IMG/VR virus record: IMGVR_UViG_3300032218_001620
Span: 1 to 27,804 of that record
Origin: a virus
Lineage: Duplodnaviria; Caudoviricetes
DNA length: 27,804 bases
Direction: 5' to 3' (one strand)
Shown here: in pieces, positions 1-8,994 of the stretch
Position numbering within the stretch: position 1 is the first letter of the stretch
How the letters are laid out: every line of letters begins with the position of its first letter
Program-made: the position numbers and the translations under genes
The notes under the pieces: generated by a model
The model's input: only the letters and a program-made list of their open reading frames with translations
Databases searched by the model: none
Told to the model about the DNA's origin: nothing

Positions 1-979
1 CAGCTTGATTACTAATATCTTGCGCTTGGGTACCAGTATTTGCTGCTCCAGTACCATAAGTTGGATCTGGAACAATTTGACCAGTTGTTGGATCAAGCAT
101 TGTACCAGCTCCGCCAGTTCCTGTAACACTAGTGACATTTGAAGCATTGTTACCACCAAAGATACTATTAAATGTTGGTAATATACCAGCGGGGATGTAA
201 CCAGAAGTGCCTGGTGTTCCAGCACCTTTACCAAATATGCTATTTAATAAGTTAGTGCCGATGTTTGGTACACCAGCCAGTGTGCTAACCATTTGCAATG
301 GAGACAATTGATTTTGCTGAGATACAGTCGCTGGAACATTAATTGCGTTTATTAAGTTTGCGTAGTTTGTAGCACCTTGGAATGGAGCGTTCATTTGTGC
401 CGCACCAGTGGTTAATCCAGAAGTAATGCCTTGTGCGCCTACATTGCCTAATGCACCACCAGCGGTAGCACCAGTTTGTTGGTTTTGTAATGCCGCTTGC
501 ATTTGCTGAGCTTGTAAGGTAGCTAGTGCATTTGATTTAGCGGTATCGACTGCCGTTTGAGCACGCAAACCACCAAAGCCTCCGCCACCAATTCCTGTCG
601 CTTGAGTCGGAGCAATAGCTGTTGGTAATAACTGATTTAATTGGTTTGTTTGTGCTTGGAACAAACCACCCAAAGCGGTATTTACATTTGGGGTTACTTG
701 ACCCGTAGCTTGATCAACATTCCAAGGATTAGCAGCACCTTGAGCAATAGTATTTAAACTACCTTGCGCTTGAGTAAAAGGATTAGCTTGTCCTTGGAGC
801 GTATTAACAGCACCTTGAGCAGTAGTGTTGGCAAACGAAGGTGCGCCACCCAAAGCTGTACTAGCTTGATTGGCGACATTTTGTTGCGCTGCATCATACC
901 AAGACGGTAGTGTTGTCTGTACCTGATTGGTACTAGACAATATATTATTTAAACCTGAAGAGGATGTTGTTCCAGCCAT
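1..979 (-). CDS. Partial internal virion / DNA ejection (pilot-like) protein, runs off left edge
   Basis: Not in the ORF track. ATG at 979 overlaps the upstream stop (TAATG) and reads MAGTTSSSGLNNILSSTNQVQTTLPSWYDAAQQNVANQAS...; the same frame is open at the window edge (...YGTGAANTGTQAQDISNQA). Gln/Ala/Gly/Asn-rich composition and position after the nozzle gene fit podoviral ejection proteins. Confidence 0.7.
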   Translation of the reverse strand, partial: MAGTTSSSGLNNILSSTNQVQTTLPSWYDAAQQNVANQASTALGGAPSFANTTAQGAVNTLQGQANPFTQAQGSLNTIAQGAANPWNVDQATGQVTPNVNTALGGLFQAQTNQLNQLLPTAIAPTQATGIGGGGFGGLRAQTAVDTAKSNALATLQAQQMQAALQNQQTGATAGGALGNVGAQGITSGLTTGAAQMNAPFQGATNYANLINAINVPATVSQQNQLSPLQMVSTLAGVPNIGTNLLNSIFGKGAGTPGTSGYIPAGILPTFNSIFGGNNASNVTSVTGTGGAGTMLDPTTGQIVPDPTYGTGAANTGTQAQDISNQA

Positions 980-3900
980 TATTTTTTCACCTTACGTTTT
1001 GCTTCTAATAAATAACCCAATGGACCTTTGCTATCTGCAGGCAGATGCTTTGCGTCATGTTTTTGTTTATGTGCTCTAATGGTTTTTAAAAATGAATCTA
1101 ACATTTTAGCACCACCATCATTACTGCCATTGCCCAAAGAAGCTACTACATCAGCAGGTATTACAAATTCACCATCAGATAACATCGCTGGGATGCTATC
1201 GCTTGTTCCAGTACCTGGGCCACGCACATGTGTGTTTTGAATTGAACCAAGACCACCTTCACTATAAAATTGCGGATTAAAATCTTGTGAAATTGAACCG
1301 CCTTCAGCTTTTCCAGGTATTGGATACAACGGTATGCCACCTAAACCAAATAGGTTGGCGTGTTGTGCTTGTTTACCACGCATTAACACTGGTTTTAAAG
1401 ATAAATCATCTTCATTAGAACTTCCACCACTAGCAAGATGCATTATACCACCAGTGGCTGCGTTTTCAATTTCTTCCAAAGAGTTTGGATTAGGAGCGGG
1501 AGTAGCATAACTAATTGTTGGTACATTAAAGCTACCTAAAGGAGAAGCAATTTGTTTACCATGTACAAAAGTACCCTTTGGAGTCGCTGGTGTAGCTGTA
1601 GATGATCCAGAAGATGCTGAACTACCTCCACCCATACCAGCCAATGCCGCAGCCAATCCAGCGGCAGTTAAACCAGCGGTTGTGCCAGTTCCTGTACCAG
1701 CCGTTGTACCAGTTCCTGTACCAGCCGTTGTACCAGTTCCTGTACCAGCCGTTGTACCAGTTCCTGTACCAGCCGTTGTACCAGTTCCTGTACCAGCCGT
1801 TGTACCAGCCGTTGTACCATCACCAGTAGATGCTGTACCACCACCAGCTACTGTACCGCTACCATCGGTTGTACCACCAGCTACTGTACCGCTACCATCG
1901 GTTGTTGATGGAAGACCACCACCTTGAGGTGCTGTGCCACCACCAGTTGCGGGTGGAGCTACTGGTAAGTTTGCAAGATCTGTTGTATTAGTAGTAGGTG
2001 TTACGGGTAAAGCACCAGTATTTACTGGAGTAGGTGTTGGTGTTATGGGTAAAGCACCAGTATCTACTGGAGTAGGTGTTGGTGTTATGGGTAAAGCACC
2101 AGTATCTACTGGAGTAGGTGTTGGTGTTACGGGTAAAGAACCAGTGTCCACTGGAGTAGGCGTTACGGGTAAAGCACTAGTGTTTACTGGTGTAGGTGTT
2201 ACTGGTGTTGTATTATCTGTTGGTAAATTTGCAATAATATCAATGGGAGAAACATTAGTATCAGATGGTGCAGGAGTTGTTGAAACTAAATCTCCATTAG
2301 CATCATAATTATCAATTGAACCATCAGCATTCTTAACAGTTGCAGAACCATCGCTATTTACTGTTGTACCAGCGGGATAATTGGGAGTTTCTGGATTCTG
2401 AGTTGGTACATATGGAGTAGTTGCTCCACCACCAGCATCAGTTGTTCCTTGAACAGTAACTGAAGAACCATCATTTGCAGCAGTTTGACTACCAGTAGTT
2501 GAAGGCTGATCTGGGTTAGCTATTGCGTTAACCAATTGGTTATAGTACGAATCTGCTGTAGCACTTGGGGCTTGCATTGTAGCAGTGCCGGGGCTCCAGC
2601 CACTTGCCAATTGACCTTGAGAAATCTTATCTAAACCTTGTAAATCATTAGCAATAATGTTTGAAGTTTTAGCTAACTCAGCATTATTATTAGAATAATC
2701 TGTTAGTGCTGTTTTTAAACTATCCGAACTTGTCGTAAATGCCGTATATAAAGGCTCAATACTGGTTTTATATAAATTATTTAAATTTTGGTTTGCTGTA
2801 TCAAATGCAGAGTATGCAGTATTAAACTGAGGAATTAATTCATTTAATTTAGGAGAAAGGCTATTTGCAAGATCATATGAAGCTCTATCGGTTCTACCAG
2901 AATCTTCGTATTTTTTAACTGCCGCATCGTATTGAGCTTGTAATGGATTAACTTGATCAAGTAATTTTTGTGCAGTATTTGCTAACTCAGTTGTATTGGC
3001 ACGAGCGTCATTATATCCAGTTTTGCTAACCGCATCAGATAATGCTGTTTTATCAGCTTGGTTTTGAGTATAAATATCGTTTGCTTTATTTGCTGTATCA
3101 GCTAAAGCGGCTTGTTGTTCTGACAGAGTTGGGTAATATTTAGATAAATCGCCAGAAATTTGATCAGCTTGATTTTTTAAATATTGTGATGCCACATCTG
3201 TACTCATTGGGCCTTCTATGCCCGCCAATGAAACCGTTCCATTTGGAATAGGAGTGCTGTAGTCGTGAATAGCTGCCGGTGCCCCACTGGCTGATGGAGC
3301 CATTAAAAGGTCTTTTCCAGCTCCTAAACCCAATCCTAAAGTAGAACCGAGGGCTGCGTTTTCAGCACCAGTTATAGGATCGCCACCTGTAGCACCAGCT
3401 TTTGCTGCACCTAAACCAGTACTTGCCAATATTTTAGACACATTCGGATCAACACCAGCTTGTGTTAAACCAGTTGATGCTTGATTACCTAAATACGAAA
3501 GTCCTGTATTTAATGCAGTATTAGCTAAAATTGTAGAAGGATTTGCACCAGAAGCTAAACCTTTACTAGCAGATAGTATTGCACTACTTAACGCTGGACT
3601 ATTAATACCATATTGGGCTAAAGTTTGCCCAATACCACTTAATGATGCGCCAGTAAGGCCGCCCATTAATGCACCAGTTAGCGCACCTTTTAATGGATCT
3701 GTACCACGAATAAGACTGTTTACGGTGCCCATACCGCCACCATATAATGAACCAGTACCCGCACTACTTAAAAGTTGTGATGCTACAGACGGTGTAAGTG
3801 AATTTATTCCTGTGTAGCCCAATTCGCCATATGTTGGCCCCATGGCACCAGGCCCCAAACCAGTGTAGCCTAATTCAGCATATGTTGGTCCCATGGCACC

Positions 3901-4338
3901 AGCACCAACACCAGTAAGAGCGGCGGCTTGAGAACCACCAGCAGCTCCTACAGTAGCACTTGCAGATCCGGCGGCAGAACCACTAGCAGAATATCCTGCA
4001 GCATAATCAGTTGCTTCCAAAGCTGGTGCGGCTTCTGCCAAATAAGGAGCTAAATATGGTGCAGCAATAGCTAATGCGGCAACACCCAAAGTTGCCCAAC
4101 CACCAGGAACAGCACTGCGAACACCACTATCTATTTGAGCGCCAATGTTACCAATCGCTGGACCCGGATCAATGCTGGCAAGAACGCTACCAAGATCTTG
4201 AACAGCACCACCAACCCAACTAACTGGGTTAAAACCACCACCACCGCCACCTTCAAGGGTCATACCATAACTGAAGGGACCTTTAACTCTAGGAGAAAAA
4301 GCCTTAATTGGCAGTGCGGATTCTAAGTTGTATCTCAT
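979..4338 (-). CDS. Large internal virion / ejection protein with low-complexity repeats
   Basis: 1119 aa: Gly/Ala-rich hydrophobic N-terminal part, predicted helical middle, Thr/Pro/Gly repeats, C-terminal GPGTGTSDSIPAMLSDGEFVIPADVV motif familiar from tape-measure and ejection proteins. Confidence 0.65.
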   Translation of the reverse strand: MRYNLESALPIKAFSPRVKGPFSYGMTLEGGGGGGFNPVSWVGGAVQDLGSVLASIDPGPAIGNIGAQIDSGVRSAVPGGWATLGVAALAIAAPYLAPYLAEAAPALEATDYAAGYSASGSAAGSASATVGAAGGSQAAALTGVGAGAMGPTYAELGYTGLGPGAMGPTYGELGYTGINSLTPSVASQLLSSAGTGSLYGGGMGTVNSLIRGTDPLKGALTGALMGGLTGASLSGIGQTLAQYGINSPALSSAILSASKGLASGANPSTILANTALNTGLSYLGNQASTGLTQAGVDPNVSKILASTGLGAAKAGATGGDPITGAENAALGSTLGLGLGAGKDLLMAPSASGAPAAIHDYSTPIPNGTVSLAGIEGPMSTDVASQYLKNQADQISGDLSKYYPTLSEQQAALADTANKANDIYTQNQADKTALSDAVSKTGYNDARANTTELANTAQKLLDQVNPLQAQYDAAVKKYEDSGRTDRASYDLANSLSPKLNELIPQFNTAYSAFDTANQNLNNLYKTSIEPLYTAFTTSSDSLKTALTDYSNNNAELAKTSNIIANDLQGLDKISQGQLASGWSPGTATMQAPSATADSYYNQLVNAIANPDQPSTTGSQTAANDGSSVTVQGTTDAGGGATTPYVPTQNPETPNYPAGTTVNSDGSATVKNADGSIDNYDANGDLVSTTPAPSDTNVSPIDIIANLPTDNTTPVTPTPVNTSALPVTPTPVDTGSLPVTPTPTPVDTGALPITPTPTPVDTGALPITPTPTPVNTGALPVTPTTNTTDLANLPVAPPATGGGTAPQGGGLPSTTDGSGTVAGGTTDGSGTVAGGGTASTGDGTTAGTTAGTGTGTTAGTGTGTTAGTGTGTTAGTGTGTTAGTGTGTTAGLTAAGLAAALAGMGGGSSASSGSSTATPATPKGTFVHGKQIASPLGSFNVPTISYATPAPNPNSLEEIENAATGGIMHLASGGSSNEDDLSLKPVLMRGKQAQHANLFGLGGIPLYPIPGKAEGGSISQDFNPQFYSEGGLGSIQNTHVRGPGTGTSDSIPAMLSDGEFVIPADVVASLGNGSNDGGAKMLDSFLKTIRAHKQKHDAKHLPADSKGPLGYLLEAKRKVKK
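1685..1804. repeat. Five perfect 24-bp tandem repeats (ccagttcctgtaccagccgttgta; encodes TTAGTGTG on minus strand)
   Basis: Directly visible; units start at 1685, 1709, 1733, 1757, 1781. Confidence 0.95.
1841..1905. repeat. 33-bp tandem duplication (encodes TTDGSGTVAGG x2)
   Basis: ccaccagctactgtaccgctaccatcggttgt occurs twice in tandem. Confidence 0.9.
1997..2205. repeat. Imperfect 36-42 bp tandem repeats encoding (TP)TPV(D/N)TGALP(V/I)TP, about 5 copies
   Basis: gggtaaagcaccagtatctactggagtaggtgttggtgtta-like units recur. Confidence 0.9.
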
Positions 4339-4715
4339 ACTTTAGCCATCCAGCTATATTGAGGAACATTTGATTTCTCAACATTTACGCCAAGTTTTTT
4401 TAATAACTTTAAGGTTTTTTGCAATTCACCTTCTTGTTTTGGATTGCTGTCTCCATATACTTTTTTAATATCGGATTCCCTAATTTTTGATATAAAATAT
4501 TTTACGGAATCTGCCAATACCGCTGGACGATCCGCAGTAAAAACATGCAATTCGACCACGTGTTTTGCAATGGTAATTAATAATAATAGGGAATTGTTTT
4601 TTTGTAATAAAACACCAGCTTTGCTTTGTACCAGCTTATTAATTTTACGAAGAATAACATCAGCATCTACGCCGATATTTTGTGCTTCTTGAGTAATAAT
4701 TTCTGAAGGTGTCAT
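4335..4715 (-). CDS. Hypothetical protein, possibly degenerate GNAT-fold
   Basis: 126 aa, ATGA overlap with next gene. Sits between nozzle and ejection genes, where podoviruses often carry a GNAT-like gene; the fold call is positional inference only. Confidence 0.55.
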   Translation of the reverse strand: MTPSEIITQEAQNIGVDADVILRKINKLVQSKAGVLLQKNNSLLLLITIAKHVVELHVFTADRPAVLADSVKYFISKIRESDIKKVYGDSNPKQEGELQKTLKLLKKLGVNVEKSNVPQYSWMAKV

Positions 4716-4730
4716 AATTAAATAAGTTGT

Positions 4731-4997
4731 TTAACTACTTGGGCCATTAACAATTTGGGTAAAACTATGTGCCCAATCTTGCCAATTATCAAATGATTCT
4801 GGAGCAGATACTGGGTACGATGAAAAAACAGATAAGTTCATAATTTGTGCTGCTCCAGCTTGCCAATTGTCTTCTACAGTAATACCAATTGGTTCAGAGC
4901 CAAAATACAAAACAATATTACCATTCCAATCTTCCCAAGTACTGTACTCTGGGGAAAATGGAAAGTGCTGGGTTATACTAGGGACGCTCATCGCCAA
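4731..4997 (-). CDS. Hypothetical Trp-rich small virion-module protein
   Basis: 88 aa, overlaps the end of the nozzle gene; WEDWNG and WQDWA motifs. Confidence 0.65.
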   Translation of the reverse strand: MAMSVPSITQHFPFSPEYSTWEDWNGNIVLYFGSEPIGITVEDNWQAGAAQIMNLSVFSSYPVSAPESFDNWQDWAHSFTQIVNGPSS

Positions 4998-7107
4998 ACT
5001 CGGCAGTAATCAAGTTACGCCCCATTTCGTAGTTACCATTGATGTCGTTAGACTCAAACTTCAAACGTACTAAACGGTGCTCTACTCGAAGGTCAATCTT
5101 ACCCGTTTCTTTGGTAAAGTAATATGGACCAGAACTTTCCTCGTAGGGACCAGAGGCAAACTTACGACCTAAAATGGTCATAGACATGGTGCCATCTTGT
5201 AAGAAGTTAGGCTCTACACGACGCAAGTGCATACGACGGTTTATTCCAACAGTACCTTCTTGGCTTGGGTTACCAGTAAGCCAACTAATATCGCTCGTTG
5301 TAATACTGGAATATATTGCCAATTCATTTTGTGGTGTTACTTGGTTTAAACCATGCTCATGTTGCCAAATAGTATAGCCACCAGATATGGGGAATACTAA
5401 TGTACCAGCAGGTGTAGCTGATGTAAATGCTGTAGACACAGTAATTAGTGTTGCGTTGTATGTAAAGCTATAAACACTAGAAACAACACCATATACTTTT
5501 TTAGGATTAGCTAAATCTGTAGACAATACAATACTGTCACCAGGACTAATAATATTAGATACATCGCCATTAATATAAACTTGACTTGATGTTGGATCTG
5601 GAGCTTCAGCCGGAGTGTCAATTACAACAACGGGATTGCTAACAGAAGTATTGTAGTCCCAACCAGCCCAAATTGGTGTTGGGAACAGCTCTGTTGTATA
5701 ACCGCAAGATCTACGGGAACCTATTGCTTTACCAGCGTCATACCAAAGTTTATCTTTTACATTATAGATAATCGCATCGGTACATTCTGTTGCAGTATCA
5801 CGAGGATAAAAAAACCAAATCTCGTTGTATCTTGGAACCTTGGTAGCCCAAACTTTTTGTCTTTGTGTATAGTTAATATTATTAAACAAATAGTTGACAT
5901 TTTTATCGTTAGGCAATACCGCAACTTGACCATTATAAACATAGTAACGGTCAACACCCATCCAGAAATACAATCCGTCCATTTCCACAACAGAGTTGGA
6001 AGACATGATAGAGATTTGGCTAGAAACAATGTCGTAAGTCCAGTAAAACTGGGTGGCTTGCGAGTTAAATGAAACACGAATAAGAGAGTCTGTAGCCCAG
6101 AACAAACCAGATGGAGAGTTAGTACCGCCTCGTACGGGTATACCTTTAACAATTTTAGAAGAAGCTACGTTAACTTGGTTAGCTAACGGACCATTCCAAT
6201 CGTAAGGTGTTTGCTCCGCATAAATATTGCTAACGTTATTGTTGGCAATATAGCCGTGTGATCCATACACAAAAATAAATGGGTACAGTACACAAACACC
6301 ACCATCTACAGAGATTGGCTGATACGTTGGATTTTGACCAGCGCTATCAGATAACCCACTTAAAGAAAATTCATTATTTGCATCTGGTGCAACCGCTCCT
6401 ATTAATACTTGAGCTGTAACACCACTATCAATATTTTGTAAATTTTTACCAGGATGTGCTAATAAGTTTAACCTACCACCAGCGGGGCTAAACTGCGCAT
6501 CAAACTGCCAGTCATTACGAGGATCCGCAGTAAAAATAGTGTCATTTAACCAAATTTGAATAATGTCTCCAGCGGGCGCATCTGGAGAAAAGTCAATTGT
6601 TGTTTGCGACGGTGGGCCTACTGCGTAAGAAGAACCTGTAATGGTATAAACAGTTGGTGTGCCAGTTTGCTCAATAATAAATTCAGTGCCAATACCAAAA
6701 GTTGTAGTGGCATCGCCAGGAACAATTATTTGAGCTGCTGATACAGTGGTTGTTACAAAGGCAGTTACCGAACCAGGTAACATATTCTCTACATAGGGCC
6801 CGCTACCACTACCATAAGTTGTACCAGTGGTAAACACATCCAGTACATTGGCATTACCAGCAAAAACATAGTTCACACCGTTGTACGGTATGTTTATCAT
6901 GCCGCGGTAGATGCCGCTAAAGCTAGTAAAAAGGGTGGCAAAACCACCTATTTTCTTTGGCTCACCACGCTGAAACCGACACCATACACCATCGGTGTAT
7001 TGATCATTTTGGAATACAGTACCGTCGCGCTTAATCCCAGCCGGTATTGCTAGGCTGTAAATCTGCGTAAACTGCGTTGCATCCTGCTGCCGGTTATCAG
7101 CCGCCAT
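4978..7107 (-). CDS. Tail nozzle / DNA stabilization protein (P22 gp10 / T7 gp12-like)
   Basis: 709 aa, beta-rich, with FWMGVDRYYVYNG, NEIWFFYP and IIYNVKDKLW propeller-type segments; lies between adaptor and ejection genes. Confidence 0.7.
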   Translation of the reverse strand: MAADNRQQDATQFTQIYSLAIPAGIKRDGTVFQNDQYTDGVWCRFQRGEPKKIGGFATLFTSFSGIYRGMINIPYNGVNYVFAGNANVLDVFTTGTTYGSGSGPYVENMLPGSVTAFVTTTVSAAQIIVPGDATTTFGIGTEFIIEQTGTPTVYTITGSSYAVGPPSQTTIDFSPDAPAGDIIQIWLNDTIFTADPRNDWQFDAQFSPAGGRLNLLAHPGKNLQNIDSGVTAQVLIGAVAPDANNEFSLSGLSDSAGQNPTYQPISVDGGVCVLYPFIFVYGSHGYIANNNVSNIYAEQTPYDWNGPLANQVNVASSKIVKGIPVRGGTNSPSGLFWATDSLIRVSFNSQATQFYWTYDIVSSQISIMSSNSVVEMDGLYFWMGVDRYYVYNGQVAVLPNDKNVNYLFNNINYTQRQKVWATKVPRYNEIWFFYPRDTATECTDAIIYNVKDKLWYDAGKAIGSRRSCGYTTELFPTPIWAGWDYNTSVSNPVVVIDTPAEAPDPTSSQVYINGDVSNIISPGDSIVLSTDLANPKKVYGVVSSVYSFTYNATLITVSTAFTSATPAGTLVFPISGGYTIWQHEHGLNQVTPQNELAIYSSITTSDISWLTGNPSQEGTVGINRRMHLRRVEPNFLQDGTMSMTILGRKFASGPYEESSGPYYFTKETGKIDLRVEHRLVRLKFESNDINGNYEMGRNLITAEFGDERP

Positions 7108-8370
7108 TTAGAACGTCCCACCACTAATCAATTGGGCGTTTAACGCGGCGTTAACTGTTACTAATGGGTTTAAAGTATCTGTATTGTCAATGTCAATAAT
7201 TTCAACGCCATTGGCAGCTAATCCCAATATACCAATACCAGGCAAGTACATGCCTGTTGAAGAGTCTGATAGGAATGAATAAGACGGAGCCGTAGCAATA
7301 CCATCAACGGCATAGAAGATGTTAGTTGCGGTAGAAGTTAGTAGGTAAAGATTTTGACCATCACTTAAAACGGTTGCAATATTGCCTGTTCCTACTACCA
7401 ATGGAGGCGACATACTGCCTTCAACAACAAACTCAATGTCGTAGTCAGAATGCCCCGTTGCGTTAATCAGAATATAAATCTGAGTTGTTGCGGGTAGTGT
7501 TACTGTTAATGTTTCTGTACGGCTACCAGTTTGGGCAATATAGTTTTGAATAATTGGAGCATAGGTAACCAGACTAAAAGAGTTACCTGGAATTGAGTCT
7601 ACATCGTAGGTTGCCGATGTAAAGGTAACGTTGGCAGCAGCGGTTAAGCCAACGGTAACAAAAGCGCCTCCGCTAAAGTCATAAATAATAAATCCAGAGT
7701 CGCCAGGGTTGGCTACAATTGAGGACTGACCATTAATTAATGTTGAATCCTGTGGTGTGATTGTTAGTGAACCAGTGCCCGCATTTCTAAAGCCGATGTA
7801 CCAACCTGTTGATAGTGCGGAAATAGCAGGAAGTACAAAAGCACCTGCACCACTGTTCCAAACAAACGTAGCCGCGCGACTAGCGTCGTTGATCACTGGT
7901 GTAATAGAAACGTTTACAATGTTTTGTGTAGTTGCTAACTTACCAGATACTGTTGTTAGACCAGCACCTTGGAGAGTTGCCGCGTCAGCGTACGATGTTC
8001 CAGCAGCAAACTCTACATTTGCCCAAGTACCACCCACAGAAGCATTATCAGTAAGGTAGAAGTAGCGAGATTTGCCAACAGCAACAAGGACACTTTGCTC
8101 GCCAGTTGCGTCTGTAACCACAAAATCGTTGAGCCCCAAATTGCGGAGAAGGATGTCCGTTCCAAGTGCGCCTTGAGACGCATCAGGTAGTAGGATGTTA
8201 AGATTGCCAAGAGTAGCAACGCAATCCATAATACGGCTGGCAGGAACTTGTTGGCCATTAACGACAGCAGGCCAGACGAGCTGAGTGTTGGTGCTAAATG
8301 AGAGAGCATAGTAGGATACGTCCGTTGGTTGAACAACGTCGCCAGTAAATGGTGAAGTATAGATTGGCAT
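7108..8370 (-). CDS. Tail structural / proximal fibre protein
   Basis: 420 aa, beta-rich, repeated (T/I)LP...G..(I/L).(R/I)N units, fibre-like C-terminal APSYSFLSDSSTGMY. Confidence 0.6.
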   Translation of the reverse strand: MPIYTSPFTGDVVQPTDVSYYALSFSTNTQLVWPAVVNGQQVPASRIMDCVATLGNLNILLPDASQGALGTDILLRNLGLNDFVVTDATGEQSVLVAVGKSRYFYLTDNASVGGTWANVEFAAGTSYADAATLQGAGLTTVSGKLATTQNIVNVSITPVINDASRAATFVWNSGAGAFVLPAISALSTGWYIGFRNAGTGSLTITPQDSTLINGQSSIVANPGDSGFIIYDFSGGAFVTVGLTAAANVTFTSATYDVDSIPGNSFSLVTYAPIIQNYIAQTGSRTETLTVTLPATTQIYILINATGHSDYDIEFVVEGSMSPPLVVGTGNIATVLSDGQNLYLLTSTATNIFYAVDGIATAPSYSFLSDSSTGMYLPGIGILGLAANGVEIIDIDNTDTLNPLVTVNAALNAQLISGGTF

Positions 8371-8373
8371 ATT

Positions 8374-8994
8374 TTATGGTTCCTGAACAGAAACGTTGCG
8401 ATCGACACGGCGAGCATCGTCTTCTTTTTTGAGGGCAGCTAAAGATTCTTCGTAGTACTGTTTCCACACAGGCAGTTTGTCTAGTGCTTTTAAATAGCCT
8501 TGTGCTTGCAATAAAGTGCCAAATAACATCGCTTGAGGACATTCACGTGTGAATAGGTTTTGTTGGTTTGCTGTGTCCAACGGTTGAATTTTGCTGTAGT
8601 AAATGATTTCGATTGGGTAATCGGTATCTGGAGCTGGTGCAAAAGCCCAGTTATTGTAATCATAATCAGCGTAATACTTCGGTACATTTGGAGTAGATTC
8701 TGACTGGTATTGTGCAATAAAGTCTTGGGAGCGAAGTAAAATAGGTGCGCCATTGGTTTTCATTGAAACTGTTTTGCGCCAACGGGCTGGTTTAGCCAGA
8801 ATTACTTCACCTTGCAGTAAGACAGTTTCTACTACTGTCATCTGCATGTATGTTTTTAATTGAGCCGCAATAGCAGACTCAGCCAAGCCAATTAAGCTGG
8901 GAATCTGCGCAACAAACTGTGCATCGTTGCGTTCCATGTAGTTGATAACATCAGCTACGAGGTTATCATACGTCATTATGTATGCGTTGGTCAT
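8374..8994 (-). CDS. Head-tail adaptor-like protein
   Basis: 206 aa; MTYDNLVADVINY...IPSLIGLAE N-terminus, PKYYA, FAPAPD..Y.IEIIYY and LFGTLLQA patterns resemble podoviral adaptor proteins. Confidence 0.6.
   Translation of the reverse strand: MTNAYIMTYDNLVADVINYMERNDAQFVAQIPSLIGLAESAIAAQLKTYMQMTVVETVLLQGEVILAKPARWRKTVSMKTNGAPILLRSQDFIAQYQSESTPNVPKYYADYDYNNWAFAPAPDTDYPIEIIYYSKIQPLDTANQQNLFTRECPQAMLFGTLLQAQGYLKALDKLPVWKQYYEESLAALKKEDDARRVDRNVSVQEP

Noticed and set aside
1685-1804. Possible CRISPR array
   Set aside because: Repeats are contiguous with no unique spacers and are in-frame coding.
1602-2308. Plus-strand repetitive ORFs (QFLYQPLY, VPVPVPAV, GVGV repeats)
   Set aside because: Antisense shadows of the tandem repeats in the 1119-aa gene; no RBS context, and all credible genes are on the minus strand.
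979-4338. Tape measure protein of a long-tailed phage
   Set aside because: It shares the GPGTGTSDSIPA motif, but no tail tube or sheath genes are evident and the adaptor-nozzle-ejection order fits a podovirus-like layout; not fully excluded.
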